Shown here: piece after piece, positions 48,833 to 62,464 of the stretch | Layout of the letters: every line of letters starts with the position of its first letter | Position numbering within the stretch: the stretch's first letter is position 1 | DNA from: Mustelus asterias | Lineage: Eukaryota | Direction of reading: 5' to 3' | Assembly: GCF_964213995.1 (NCBI RefSeq) | Contig: NC_135801.1 | Span: 93,000,001 to 93,064,000, forward strand | Length of the DNA stretch: 64,000 bases | Program-made: the position numbers and the translations under genes | The notes under the pieces: generated by a model | The model's input: only the letters and a program-made list of their open reading frames with translations | Database searches by the model: none | Told to the model about the DNA's origin: nothing

Positions 48833-49141
48833 ATAGAACATAGAACAGTACAGCACAGAACAGGCCCTTCGGCCCACGATGTTGTGCCGAGCTTTATCTG
48901 AAACCAAGATCAAGCTATCCCACTCCCTATCATCCTGGTGTGCTCCATGTGCCTATCCAATAACTGCTTAAATGTTCCTAAAGTGTCTGACTCCACTATC
49001 ACTGCAGGCTGTCCATTCCACACCCCAACCACTCTCTGCGTAAAGAACCTACCTCTGATATCCTTCCTGTATCTCCCACCACGAACCCTATAGTTATGCC
49101 CCCTTGTAATAGCTCCATCCACCCGAGGAAATAGTCTTTGA
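48833..49141 (-). mobile_element. Young CR1/HER1 3' end
   Basis: Nearly identical to 11981-12290 (three substitutions seen). Confidence 0.93.
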
Positions 49142-49244
49142 TGGTGATGGTGAATGGTAACACTTTCACTGCCATTACAATTGATAAATCTGGTTTATAT
49201 GTCAAAGAGTCCAAGGTATGTGTTATAAAATGACTCATAAATAA

Positions 49245-50506
49245 AATCCAACCTGGCCAATTACCACCCATCAGTCTACTCTTGATTATCAGTAAAGTAA
49301 TGGAAGGGGTCATCAACAGTGCTATCAAGCAGCACTTGCTGAGCAGGTTTGTTTAGTGACGCCCAGTTTGGGTTTCACCAAAGTCACTCAGCTCCTGATC
49401 TCATTACAGCTTTGGTTCAAACATGGACAAAAGAGCTGAATTCCAGAGATGAGGTGAGAATTACAGCCCTTGACATCAAGACTGCATTCGACCGAGTGTG
49501 GCATAAGGATCCCTAGCAAAACTGGAATCAATGAGTATCAGGAGGCAAACTCTCCACTGGTTTGAGTCATACCAGGTACATAGGGAGATGGTTATGGTTG
49601 CGGAGGGTCAGACATCTCAGTTCCAGGACATCTCTGCAGGAGTCCCTCAGAGTAGTGTCCTGGGCCCAACAATCTTCAGCTGCTTCATCAATAACCTTCC
49701 CTCCATCATAAGGTCAAAAATGGGGATGTTTGCTGATGATTGCACAATGTTCAGCACCATTCACGACTCCTTGGATACTGAAGTAGTCCATGTTTAAATG
49801 TAACTAGATCTGGGCAATATCTGGGCTTGGGCTGACAAGTGACAAGTAACATTTGCACCAATGTGGTTACCATTGACCAGAAACTCAACTGGATTCGCCA
49901 CATAAATACAGTGGCTACAAGAGCATGTCAGAGGCTAGGAATACTGCAGCGAGTAACTCACCTCCTGACTCCCCACAGCCTGTACAAGGCATAAGGACTG
50001 TGATGGAATACTCCCACTTGCCTGGATGGATGCAGCTCCAACAACACTGAAGAAACTTGACACCATCCAGGGCAAAGCAACCCGTTTGATTGGCACCACA
50101 TCCACACCAACCACTCCCTCCACCTCTGACGCTCAGTAGCAGCAGTGTGCACTATCTGCAAGATGCACTGCTGTAATTCAAAGATCCTTAGAGAACACTT
50201 TCCAAAATCACACCCAACTTCCATCTAGAAGGACAAGGGCAGCAGATACATGGGGACACCACCACCTGCAAGTTCCCCTCCAAGCCGTTCACCATCCTGA
50301 CTTGGAAATATATCGCTGTTCTTTCATAGTCGCTGGATCAAAATCCTGGGATTCCCTCCCTAACAGCATTGTGGGTCAACTCACAGAACATGGACTGTAG
50401 CGATTCAAGGCAGCAGCTCACTACCACCTTCTCAAGAGTAATTAGGGATGGGCAATAAATGCTGGCCAGCCAGTGACGCCCATGTTCCACAAATGAATAA
50501 AAATAA
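49245..50506 (+). mobile_element. CR1-group LINE, RT and 3' end, decayed
   Basis: NYHPSVY/ANY segment, ALDIKTAFDRVWH, GVPQSSVLGP and MFADD. Same 3' end as 24374-24914. Confidence 0.88.
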
Positions 50507-52792
50507 ATTATTCTTGCACTTGAAATGAGCCTTGCTCACAATCCTGTAATGGCTTGGTGCAATGCCGACGTTATATATTATATCCCATTTTTTTCCTTAC
50601 ACATCTGCACCTTCCACCTGCATCTCTAACAACTCACATAAGGAGCTCATTAACTTCTTTAGAACTTGGATTCAGATGCCTCTACTACTTACCCCTTTTC
50701 AGCCAAACCTGTTGTCAACTTCTTCCTCCCTAGCCCAGTTTTTTTAGCTTTCTCCAGTAAATCGCTGAGCTGCCCTTCAATGAAACCATATCCTGCTCCC
50801 TTGATTTCATTCACACTCAATGATAATTCTCCAACTTCCCACATTTTTTCAATCACAAGGATCTCAAGCTGGATTTTTGTGAAGTTGGGAGAATCCCACG
50901 GACATGTAAAAATGATGCGGGGGGTCTGGATGTGGAAGTTCCACCGTGTTTCTGATATCCCATTTTTGCTGGTAGGTGAACAGAGATGGGCTGTGAATTA
51001 GTGGAAGGGAGGGGAACCCAAACTAAGCAGTGGTAATTGAACTTAGTACTTAGTTGAGACAGAATTCATTTTGGCTGTTACAAAGGCCTTAACCTACACG
51101 TGGGAGGCACAAATTTATGGAGTAGATATATACACTCTTCAAGAGTGGATGAAGTCTGCTTAACTGTCATAATCTGAAGTTTATAAAAATCTTCCACTCT
51201 AACTGTAAAAAAAAACAACTGGCTGCAGCTGTTAGTGATTATTATTAAAAATAAGTTCTGCTAGATTATTTGATTGATAGGCCAGCTGGCGTAGCACCAG
51301 TTCAAAGTTTCAATAGAGGCCTTTGTGACAAGTCCCTAAGTGAAATGCATTTTGAATGGTTCAAAAGCGCCAATGAGCAGGAGGTTCTGAGTTCATAGTT
51401 TGACAGCTTCAAGAGGCAATAAAAGGATTAGGGACATGAACAGAAATTTCTTTCTTTTTATAAGAGATGAAACATTTGAAATTTAAAAGCTTTGATGCAT
51501 TCATGATTTTTTTTAAATAGCCAGCTGCAGTGAGAGCACTATTAGATTTTTTAAAGTCTATTTTATTTCATTTCCACATCTCCTGGGGTAAGCCCATGGT
51601 GGTGATGGAGTTGCCATGGAAGGTATGATAAGTCAAAAGGGGTGGGGGTGGATGGGAAGCATGAATGGCCATGGGGGACCAAGAGCATGTTTGAGGGGTA
51701 TGAGGAATCAGGGCTGGAGGACATAAAATTTTCTAAAACAATCAGGATAAATTCTAATAAACTAAGGTGGACCTTCCAACCAGGCAGCCTCAGCACTCAC
51801 CCACCCCAGTGGCTGCCTATGCTTCTGGGGTCAGCCAGCCTGACTCCATTCTATACCTGCTCCCCTACCCCCATAGGAAGCATGATATTAAGGGTACATT
51901 TATCCACCTCTGCCCTTGACTTTGCCCATCTGCAGCTGAAACCCTCATCTATGCTTGTCATCTCTATACTCAACTATTCCAATGTTTTTCTGGTTGGCCT
52001 TCCTTTTTCCAGCTCCATAAACATAATCTCTTCTAAAACTCTGCTGCCAATATTCTATCCTGCATCAAGTCCAATTTACCCCTTATCCAACTTCTTGTGG
52101 ACATTGACACCTGGTCTCCTAAAATCTCCAATTTAATATTTACCATCCTTATGTTGATATTGCTTTGTAATCCCATCTCTCCCTATCTTTGAAACTCCTC
52201 CAGCATTTACCTGTGCATTCAGATAAAGCATCTTTACTTTTAACTTAACATTTGTCGGATTTGGCCTTGTTCACTGATGCACAATTACCTTTAAACCTTT
52301 CATCCCTTCCTATAACATTTTGCTTGTCTTTTCCCAAATCCTTACTCTATGTCCTTCACTTTCTTCTTTAGATTAACAAATCTATCCCCACACTCACTCC
52401 ACACTTCCTCTTTGTGGAGAAAGAATAGGGGAATAAAATCCAAAGGACTTAACATTATTGAAGACAACTTAATTGGCAGAATAAATATTCACAGATGAAT
52501 AAAATAAATAAAACATGATTTCACAATGAAGAAAATTAAATACTTTAATAAATATCTTCAATTGTAGTATTATAGTGTTTTCATTATTCACAAGTTGATC
52601 TAAATATTTTAATCATCTTAATTTCCTGATTTAAGAAATGTTTTGATTTATGTTTGTAATTATAATTTGGTGCAATGTGATAAAGCCTGTTTGATTTTTC
52701 TTTGAGCAGATAGTCGAGTTATACATTGCCATTTCATTACCACACAAATGACACCAAACTGAAATCCATTAAGAACTTGAAATATCCTATCA

Positions 52793-53690
52793 CAGGGGTT
52801 CTCAACCAGGGACTGCATTTCCCTTGGGGTCAATGTGAAGATATTAAGAGATCCTGCCAAAACAAAAACTTCAGTATGTGTAGAATGCAGACTGTACACA
52901 ATCCGCTTATGCCTCTACATAATGAATTTTGAAACTCTGAATATCACAACCATTCAGTTCAACCAATGACCAGTATCATAGAATCCCTACAGTGCAGAAG
53001 GAGGCTATTCAGCCCATTGAGCATGCATTAAGAACAATCCCACCCAGGCCCTACCTCCGTAACCCTATGTATTTACTCGGCTAATCTCTCTGACACCAAA
53101 GGGCAATTTAGCATGGCCAATTAACCTAACCCCACATCTTTGGAATAATTGATCTTCAACATTTATAAAGGTGTAAGAAAGCTTGCAGCTGCACTTGTAA
53201 CTACACTCCTCACGCAAGCCTCAAATTAGTGCTCATGCCCCTCACTTGAGCCTTGAATAGGTGCCCAGTCCCCTCACCTGAGCCTTGAATAGATGCCCAG
53301 TCCCCTCACCTGAGCCTTGAATAGGTGCCCAGTCCCCTCACCTGAGCCTTGAATAGGTGCCCAGTCCACTCACCTGAGCGTTAAATAGGTGCCCAGGCCC
53401 TTCATCTGAGCCTTGAATAGGTGCCGAGGCCCTTCATCTGGGCCTTGAATAGGTGCTCAATCCCCTCACCCGAGCCTTGAATAGGTGCCCACTCCCCTCA
53501 CCTGAGCATTAATTTGGTGCCCAGCACTAGCATGTTTCATATTAAGTAAGAAAAACAAAAGTAGTAATGTATTTATCTATTTAATTGTATAACTATTTTA
53601 AATGCAGAAAAATACTTGTGTAACATGGGTTCCATGGAATTTTTATAACATTGCAGGGAGGCTTCAATGGCAAAGAATTGAGAACTTCTG
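52793..53690. mobile_element. Non-autonomous hAT (Charlie-like) element
   Basis: TIRs caggggttctcaa and ttgagaacttctg. 8-bp flanks tcctatca (52785-52792) and tccaatcc (53691-53698) match at 6/8. Contains an HE1 3' fragment (~52976-53143) and a minisatellite. Confidence 0.65.
53238..53525. repeat. 32-bp minisatellite, 9 copies
   Basis: Unit cccctcacctgagccttgaataggtgcccagt arranged head-to-tail, with one more degenerate copy upstream. Confidence 0.95.
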
Positions 53691-54032
53691 TCCAATCCAA
53701 TCCTATTCTCAGATACCAGGAGATGAAATAAAGTGACACCTAGCTTGCAATCAGGGCATCAAGATGAACTTTAGCTACTGTAATACATTTATTGAAACTA
53801 TACCAGATGTCTGTGAAGAAATAAATGTTTCATAATCATACACTAAGGACTTCAAAAAGGGTGCAATAAGCAAAAGTTGCAAGGGGTATCCAGGCTAACA
53901 GTAACAACTATTAAGAGGAAAAAAGTGGTTAAAGGAATAGCTGGGCCCATTAAAACAGGCACAGGTAATACTCTGATCAATGCCAAGGAAATGGCAAACT
54001 TGTTCAATGTATACTTTACATCCATTTTACAT

Positions 54033-54325
54033 TAGAAACATAGAAACTAGAAGGAGTAGGCCATTCGGCCCTGCTCCGCCATTCATCTTCATCATGGCTG
54101 ATCATCGAATTCAATATCCTGATCCCCCTTCCGACCATATCCCTTGATCCCTTTAACCCCAAGAGCTATATCTAATTTCTTCCTGTAATCATACAACGTT
54201 TTGGCCTCAACTACATTCTGTGGTAGTGAATTCCACACGATCACCACCCTCTGGGTGAAGAAACTTCTCCTTGCCTCAGTTCTAAAAGGTTCCTAAATGG
54301 GCCCCTAGTTCTGGACTCCCCCCTT
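54033..54325 (-). mobile_element. CR1/HER1 3' end
   Basis: tagaaacatagaaac tail and ggccattcggccc 3' UTR, antisense of the FFTQRVV region. Confidence 0.8.
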
Positions 54326-54344
54326 AGTCAAATCAAGCCTGTAC

Positions 54345-54606
54345 GACAACAGTCCCACCCAGGCCCCATCACCATAACCCCACATATTTACCCTGCTAAT
54401 CTCCCTGACACTAAGGGGCAATTTAGCAAGGCCAATCACCCTAACTTGCACATCTTTAGAGTGTGGGAGGAAACTCGTGCACCCGGAGGAAACCCACACA
54501 GACACGGGGAGGATGTGTAAACGCCACACAGACAGTCATCCAAGGCCGAAATTGAACGCGGGTCCCTGGCATTGTGAGGCAGCAGTGCTAACCACTGTGC
54601 CATCCC
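54345..54606 (-). mobile_element. HE1-type SINE, tail truncated
   Basis: Core and head present. Confidence 0.85.
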
Positions 54607-55021
54607 TTAGTGGAAGAGGTAAATTAACAGATGTGTAAAGGAAACTAAAAATAAATAAATCAAAGGAAAAACCGATTACATTCAATACAAGTTTAAAAAA
54701 TGTAATGGAAAGTAATAATAAGACCTAAGATAAACAAGTCTTCAGGACCTGATGGTTTGCATCCAAGGGTATGAAATTGCGGATTCATTAATAATAATCT
54801 TTCAAAGTTGTTTTGACTCAGGGATGGTGCCACTGGATTGGAAATTTGCTAATGTCTGCCCATTATTTAAGAAGAGTGGGAGAGAAAAATGTATGCAATT
54901 ACAGACCTGTCAGTTTAATGTCAATTGTAGGGAAATTATTGGAATCTGTCACTGGGGACAGAGTGGTGACACACATGGTAAACTTGAACTGATCAGACTC
55001 AGCATAGATTTTTAAAGAGTA

Positions 55022-55971
55022 GGGTCTGGATTTCACTCTTCGCTCTGATCAAAGTGCAACCTGGACCCTAGATCTGGAATTCACTCCTACTTTCCCATAG
55101 ATCTTATTTTTAGTGGGGCAGCTAAGGGGGTGGGATCTGATTCACATGTGCGAGGAAATCAGATCTCTGCAGGGCCATTTGAACTTAGTACTGTGTTCAA
55201 ACAGATCCCGCTTTTGCTGGAGTGGGATCAGTTCCCCAGAGTGTGAGACTTATGATTCTTAATGTGCATAAAAGGTAAATGGGATTTGTGGACCTGTCAA
55301 GCTGTCAAATTATTTAAATCCTCTGTTCTTTAAATTTTGAACCAAAACAATTTGTTGTGCCTTTCAGTTGAAAAAGAAATGGTGTTTGCAATTTCAGTAG
55401 CTGCTTGTTAACATAGGTCTGAGGGTATCATTTTTAGCATTATTATTCCTTGACTACATCGACAACCTTTCATTATCACACTGGGTGGGTGGCCTGCAAG
55501 TGCACAGTTTGATTGACAGTTCCACGAGATTATTAAGAAAAATGTCTTTGATATGGGGCTATGAACATGAATGCATGTTTTATCAGAGCTTAAGTACTTG
55601 AAGGGATTTAAATGTATTCAATAGTCTTTTCTCAGAGAGCATATCTTGTATATAATGAAAGCTGTAATAGATATTTAATACTTTATTTTCTTTCATCTTA
55701 GCATATTTCCTTAGGTCTGCTGATGGAGGATACTGGATGAGTTGACATGGAGGGTGGTAGGTGGGGGATTGTTTTAGCATAGATTGGCATGGGCATTAAA
55801 AAGGGCCATAGGGATGAGTAGGGATCATGGGTTGGCATTAATTGGTGCTAAGTGGCATTGGAGCTATACAGGGCCATGGGAGTGGGTCGACAGGAAAAGG
55901 TTGGCATGGACAGTATGACGGGCCAATTTGTCCAACAACGTACTCCCGCCTCGGAAGTGAAAATCCGGCCC
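55022..55971. mobile_element. TIR element (probably non-autonomous Harbinger) inserted in a degraded CR1
   Basis: Ends gggtctggatttcactc and gaagtgaaaatccggccc are imperfect inverted repeats. The flanks rejoin as a CR1 F.K.KSCL.NL motif. Confidence 0.55.
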
Positions 55972-56816
55972 CAAGTCATGTCTGTATAACTTAATTAAAA
56001 TATTTTAAGAAGGTTAAAAATAATGGGAGTGTCTATGGCTGCAGTTTGTATGAAGCCCCCAAAGTGCATTCATTAAGGTTCTATACAGGAGTCTATAAAA
56101 AAAAGAGTGCATTAATTTGGAGTTAGCCTTTTGACTTGTATTGGAAATTGTTTGGAAGATCTAAACCAGACAGGCGAATTTCAAGGCAGGAGGGCACATA
56201 AAATAAAGCAGGTGGCCTTTCCACCCAGCCCTGTCTGTCCCCCATATTACCGGGGCAGGGGCTATAGATAAGGCTATGCACTCTTAAGCCTATTTGTGCC
56301 CTTAAGTGGACAATTAATAGACATTTGAGGACCTCATTTTGCCTCCACTATTATAATATATGTGGCTGAGAAAGGCAGAAGGAACGCTAAAGCAGGAGTA
56401 GAAGAGGGTGTACCACCCATTCCCATCCCCCTCCCTCCCTTCACTAGGGTCTCCAATCCCTGTGTGACCAAAATATTCGGTCCTACCTTAAGTCCGGGGC
56501 ACATGTGGCTGCAGTTCTTCTTGGGTCACATTGTATCCCAGCAGTGACTATCACTGTGTTCTGTAGCTGCTAGACTGCAGAACTGCCAGCCAATGAGATT
56601 GGCTCAGTTCTTAAGGGCTGGAAGTTCCACTCAAGTTATTAAAGCCACCTCAAGGGTATTGTCACTGCGAGGCAACTGGATTTAATGTCAGCGAGTTGCT
56701 GACTGAATTTTCAACTGGGGAGGGCATGAGGAATATATCCCTCCCTCACCTGTAAAATTTACCCCATGGCATATTTGGACTCAAACAGAATTAGAAGACT
56801 TCATCACCGTCCTCAA

Positions 56817-59579
56817 TAGAAACATAGAAGATAGGAGCAGGAGGAGGCCATTTGGCCCTTCAAGCCTGCTCCGCCATTCATTACTTCATGGCTGACCATC
56901 CAATTTAATAACCTAATCCTGCTTTTTCCCCATAATCTTTGATCCCATTCACCCCAAGTGCTATATCCAGCTGCCTCTTGAATACATTCAATGTTTTGGC
57001 ATCAACCACCTTACTGTGGTAATGAATTCCAAAGGCTCACCACTCTTTGGGTGAAGAAATGTCTCCTCACCTCCATCCTAAATGGTCTACCCTAAATCCC
57101 CAGATTGTGATCACTGATTCTGGACTCCCCCACCATTGGGGATATCCTCCCTGTATCTACCCTATCTAGTTTGTTAGAATTTTATAAGTCTATGAGATCC
57201 TCCCTCATTCGTCTGAACTCCAGCGAAAACAATCCTAATTTAGTCAATCTCTCTTCATACAGCAGTCCCTCCATTCCCGGAATCAGCCTGGTAAATCTTC
57301 GCTGCACTCTCTCGAGAGCAAGAACATCCTTTGTCAGCAAAGGAGACCAAAACTGCAGACAATACACTAGGTGTGGCCTTACCAAGGCCCTGTATAATTG
57401 CAACACATCCCTGCTCTTGTACTCGAAACCTCTTGCAATGAAGGCCAAAATGCCATTTGCCTTCTTTACCCCTGCTGCACCTGCATGCTTACCTTCAGTG
57501 ACTGGTGCACAAGGACACCCAGGTCCCACTGCACACTCCCCTCTCCCAATTTACAGCCATTCAGGTAGTAATCTGCCTTCTTGTTTCTGCTTCCAAAGTG
57601 AGTAACCTCACATTTATCCAAATTATAGTGCATTTGCCATTGATTTTCCCACTCACCCAACCTGTCCAGATCATTCTGAAGGATCTCTGCATCCTCGTCA
57701 CCGTTCACCCTCCCACCCAACTTGGTATCATCTGCAAACTTGAGATATTACATTTTGTTTCCTCACCCAAATCATTCATATATATTGTGAATAGCTGGAG
57801 TCCCAGCACCAATCCCTATGGCACTCCACTAGTTACTGCTTGCCAATTTGAAAAGGACCCATTCATTCCTACTCTGTTTCCTCTCTGCCAATCAGTTTTC
57901 TATCCATCTCAATACACTTCCCCAAATCCCATGCGCTTTAATCCTGCACGATAATCTCTTGTGCGGGACTTTGTCAAATGCTTTCTGAAAGTCCACTAGT
58001 CAACTCTACTGGTTACATCTTCAAAGAATTCCAACAGATTTGTCAAGCATGATTTCCCCTTCATAAATCCATGCTGACTCTGTCTGATCCTGCCACTGCT
58101 TTCTAAATACTCTGCTATAAAATCCTTGATAATGGATTCGAGAATTTTCTCCACTACCGATGTTAAGCTCCATAATTCCCTATTTTCTCTCTACCTCCCT
58201 TTTTGAATATTGGAGTGACATTAGTTACCCTCCAATCTGCAGGGACTGTTCCAGAGTCAATAGAATCCTGGAAGATGACCATCAATGCATCCATTATTTC
58301 TAGAGCCACTTCCTTAAGTACTCTGGAATGCAGATCATCAAGCCCTGGGGATGTATTCACCTTCAATGCCATCAATTTTCCCAGCACCATTTCCCTAGTA
58401 ATATTGATCTCCCTCAGTTCTTCCCTCTCACTAATTCTTGCATTCTCCAACATTTCTGGCATCTGATTCATGTCCTCTTTTGTGAAGACGGAACCAAAGT
58501 ATGTATTCAATTGCTCAGCCATTTCTTTGTCTCCTATTATACATTCCCCCGTTTCTGTCTGTAGGGGACCTACATTTGTCTTCACCAATCTCTTTCTCTT
58601 CACGTATCTATAGAAACTCTCAGTGTCAGTCTTTATGTTCCCTGCAAGCTTATTTTCGTACTGTATTTTCCCCTTCTTAATCAATCCCTTGGTCCTTCTT
58701 TGCTGAATTCTAAACTGCTCCCAATCCTCAGTATTTTTCTTGGCCAATCTATATGCTTCTTTCTGAGATTGGATACTGTCTCCAATTTCTTTTGTAAGCC
58801 ATGGATTGGCTCTCTTACCCATTTTGCTTTTGTGCCAGACAGGAGTAAACAGTTGCTGCAGTTCCCCCATGCGTTCCTTGAATGTTTGCCACTGCCTATC
58901 CACTTTCATTCCTTTAAGTAACTTTTCTCAATCTATCAAGGCCAACTCACGCTTCATATCCTCATAGTTTCCTTTATTAAGATTCAGCACCCTAGTCTCC
59001 AAATCAACTACTTCACTCTCCATTTTGGTAAAAAAATTCCATCATGTTATGGTCGCTCATCCCCAAGGGGTCTCGGACAGTTACATTGGCAATGATTCCC
59101 TTCTCATTACTCATTACCCAATCTAAGATGGCCTGCTCTCTAGTTGGTTCCTCCACATATTGGTCAAGAAAACCATCTCATATACACTCCAAGAATTCCT
59201 CCTCTACGACACTGTGGCTGATTTGATTCGCCCAATCTATGTGCAGATTATAATCACCCATGATCACCAATGTTCCCTTATCACATGCATCGCTAATTTC
59301 ATGTTTAATGCCATTCCCAACATCACCACTGCAGTTTGGGGGTCTACATATGACACCAACTAATGTTTTTTGCCCCTTGGTATTTCTCAACTCTACCCAT
59401 ACAGACTCTACGTTGTCAGAGCCAATATCCTTTCTCACTATTGTGTTAATTTCCTCTTTAACAGCAGTGCCACTCCACCACCTTTTCCTTTATGCCTGTC
59501 CTTCCTAAATATTGAATTCCCTGGAACATTCAATTCCCATCCCTGGTCACCCTGCAGCCATGTCTCCGTAATCCCAATT
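56817..59579 (-). mobile_element. CR1/HER1 LINE, 5'-truncated within the endonuclease, decayed
   Basis: Minus-strand ORF pieces VESVWVELRN...RPPN...IMGDYN, KTNVGPL...SPGLDDLHSRVLKE and LYRALVRPHL, with a tail at 56817. Confidence 0.93.
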
Positions 59580-60222
59580 ATGTGAAATGCATTGAGATAT
59601 GATAACACATAAATGCAATCTTTCTTATGAAGTCAAACTGTTCATCTGTCTGTAATCAATAATCATCACCCCTCCGTTAACCTTAAAGCCACAAAACAAT
59701 TTCTTAGAGCGCACAGAATTTAAGTTGGCACAAAAAGACAGCAGACATAAGCTAGCAAATAAAGACCTTTTCAATATTACTGACACATACTTATACGCAC
59801 AAAAAGCATTGACTCTAAACATAGTTTCAATGGACTTGGTATCATAACTAATGCATTTTCATTTCATATACACAGAGCAGAAGATTTTAACCATGCAGTC
59901 ACTACCTTCTTCTTTACTGCAACTCAGATCTTAATCTCAGATTTAAATTTAACAATTGGCCTAGTATCGATATTGATCTAGCATCAAATGTTGTTTGCGG
60001 ATGAAAGTTCCAAACCTCAACTTTTGTTTGTAAGGCTGTTTCCTAATTTCACTTCTGAAAGATCAGCTGCTAATTTTTTAGATCGTACTCCCTACACCTA
60101 GACTCCCCTAAATTAATTGATTATTTTACCTCATTACATTTCTTTCATTACAACACTAGCAACAATAACGAAGTAAAAGGTTTTGGTACGCTCTTGGATA
60201 TAAAAAAGCCATCAAATGCAAT

Positions 60223-60395
60223 AAAAGCACAACACTGCAGGTGCTGGAAATTTGAAATTAAAACAATAAATGCTGAAAAACCTCAGCAGGTCTGACAGAA
60301 CTGAAGAAGAGTTATATGGACCCGAGGTGTTGGCTCTGTTTCTCTCTCTACTGGTGCTGCAGGGTCTGCTGAGTTTTTCCATCATTTTTTGTTTG
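60223..60395. mobile_element. Penelope-like inverted terminus, diverged, with decayed hammerhead motif
   Basis: aaaacaataaatgctgaaaaacctcagcagg and its inverse ctgctgagtttttccatcatttttt. CTGAAGA at 60301, with GAGG in place of GAAA. Related to 25177-25304. Confidence 0.65.
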
Positions 60396-61529
60396 TATAT
60401 TATTAAATTCAGTACTCCTTGGGATTTGAGTACATGCAGAATGATTCCATGTTTGTCTCTAATACAGTCACTGTATACAGTCAAGTAATTCACAGGATGT
60501 GAAATGCATTGAGATATGATCAGCCATCAGATCAGCCATGATCTTATTGAATGGCGGAGCAGGCTTGAGGGGCTAGATGGCATACTCCTGCTCCTATTTC
60601 TTATGTTCTTATAACATATAAATGCAATCTTTCTTATGAAGTAATACTGTTCGGCATTAAGTTGTCCAGTTAACAGTGTTCAATAACATCCACTACATTT
60701 TCTCCCTTATAATAGCTGCTGAATTCATGCAGCCTTAAGCTAGGTACTCCACCCATTCATTTGCAAGAAATTCATGACCTTAGTGATTTCAACTTTCCCT
60801 GACACCCAAAAACTGTTCCTTTGAGATTAGTTCATGTGGAAAAGTTGTCGCTACCTCCTAGTTTCTCATTAACCCACAATTACTTCCTTTTTCTCAATAT
60901 TTGTGTTAACTGTCTGACTTATCAAAGCAAAATGGATGATTCTGATTGTGTAGAATGGCTATTCTTTTTAGACAGTTAAAAATAAAGTTAATGTAATTGG
61001 AAATAAAGCCCAGAAATCCATGTCATTATTCCGCTTGGAGTTGTAAAAGAGCAAATACTGTATTTTCAGAGAAATGAGCATGTGCGACAGTTTGCTACCA
61101 GGCATGGAACAGGGCCATTCTTTTTGTGGCATCTGACACGTTGAAGGTAACTAACTGCTAAAGTAGCAGAAAGAAGAATTGCAAATTAACATGCTCCCCA
61201 TTTGTATTAGTGGAATTTCAAGATGCATGTGGGTTAGGGTTAGGATTGCCCAGGCAGCCACCACCCTCTGTGATGTGCACTGCTCAGGGGGCACCGGAGA
61301 GGACTCGGGGACATGAATAGGTTCAACTATGGGACAGAGGTGGGGATCTGAGAATTTCAGGAAGAAGTGTCAAATCCCACTAAGTCCTGTATAAATTTTT
61401 TATTTATAGTGAGATGAATATCATTTATGAATCAAAAGAAAGAACACAAAAGAATATAAACCTTTAAGGATAAGTTGTGCTTAAATAAAAACTGAGATGT
61501 TTGTATAATGATAGTGATAAACAGTGACT

Positions 61530-61860
61530 TGCATGTATAACTGTGCCTTTCGTGAAAATGTTCCAAGTGCTTCAAAGGGTGCATTACAAAGCCACATTAG
61601 GGGAGATAACCAAAAGCTTGATCAAAGAGGCAGGTTTGAAGGAATACCTTAAAGAAGAAAACAGAGAAAGAGAGGTAGAGAGTTGTGGTGATGGAATTAC
61701 AGGGCTTAGAACCTAGGTAGTTGAAGGCATGTCCACCAATGGTGAGATGATTTTAATTGGGGATGTGCAAGATTCACCTTTCTCTGAGGGTAATGAGGCT
61801 AGAGGAGATTACAGAGAAAGGGAGGGACAAAGTCACAGATAATTTGAAGCCAAGGAAAAT
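61530..61860 (-). mobile_element. L2 LINE 3' end fragment
   Basis: cttgcatgtata...gcctttc...aaaagcttgatcaaagaggcaggttt...gattacagaga, as in the 20083 copy. Confidence 0.7.
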
Positions 61861-61974
61861 AAGGGAAACATCAAATACCACTGATATAACAAAAGCATTC
61901 TCCAAACAAGTAACTTTTAACTAAAGTTTTCACGCAATTTCATGACTTTTACAAGATGCAGCAAGTTGTATAAA

Positions 61975-62068
61975 TAGAAACATAGAAAAACTACAGCACA
62001 AACAGGCCCTTCGGCCCACAAGTTGTGCCGAACACATCCCTACCTTCTAGACCTACCTATAACCCTCT
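61975..62068 (-). mobile_element. CR1/HER1 extreme 3' end
   Basis: Close reverse complement of the 3' UTR at ~45272-45365. Confidence 0.85.
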
Positions 62069-62223
62069 ATAATAAATCCAAACCACCAAATTTCAACCCC
62101 AAATCCTTTAGCCTAACTGGAAAGACGGGCTTAGGGAGGTGTTAATCAATCCACTGGGAGAAGGATCAGAGCTGCCTCCCCTCAACTCATAATACAATCG
62201 GACACAAAATCCTTTAATTTGGT

Positions 62224-62464
62224 TGATGCACTATCAATCAAACAAAGACTAGTTTGTATGCTCGAACAAATAGGCTTTTATTAGCAAAAGACTTGGAGCA
62301 CACTCATGCCGATGAACTGGTCCAGAGACTGAGGCAGGAGGTGGGGAGCAGTCACCTTTATACCTGGACTGGGGGGGCAGAGTCATCCCAGGCCGGGCCG
62401 GCAGGGGCATGTCCAGGCATGTCACACACACACACAAGCAATAAGCTAACAGTGGTTTACCATA
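62224..62464 (-). mobile_element. Solo LTR
   Basis: Homologous to 40885-41130. TATAAAG and AATAAA on the minus strand. 5-bp TSD ttggt at 62219-62223 and 62465-62469. Confidence 0.88.

Noticed and set aside
53238-53525. 32-bp repeats as a CRISPR array
   Set aside because: Units are contiguous with no unique spacers, there are no cas genes, and the context is vertebrate.
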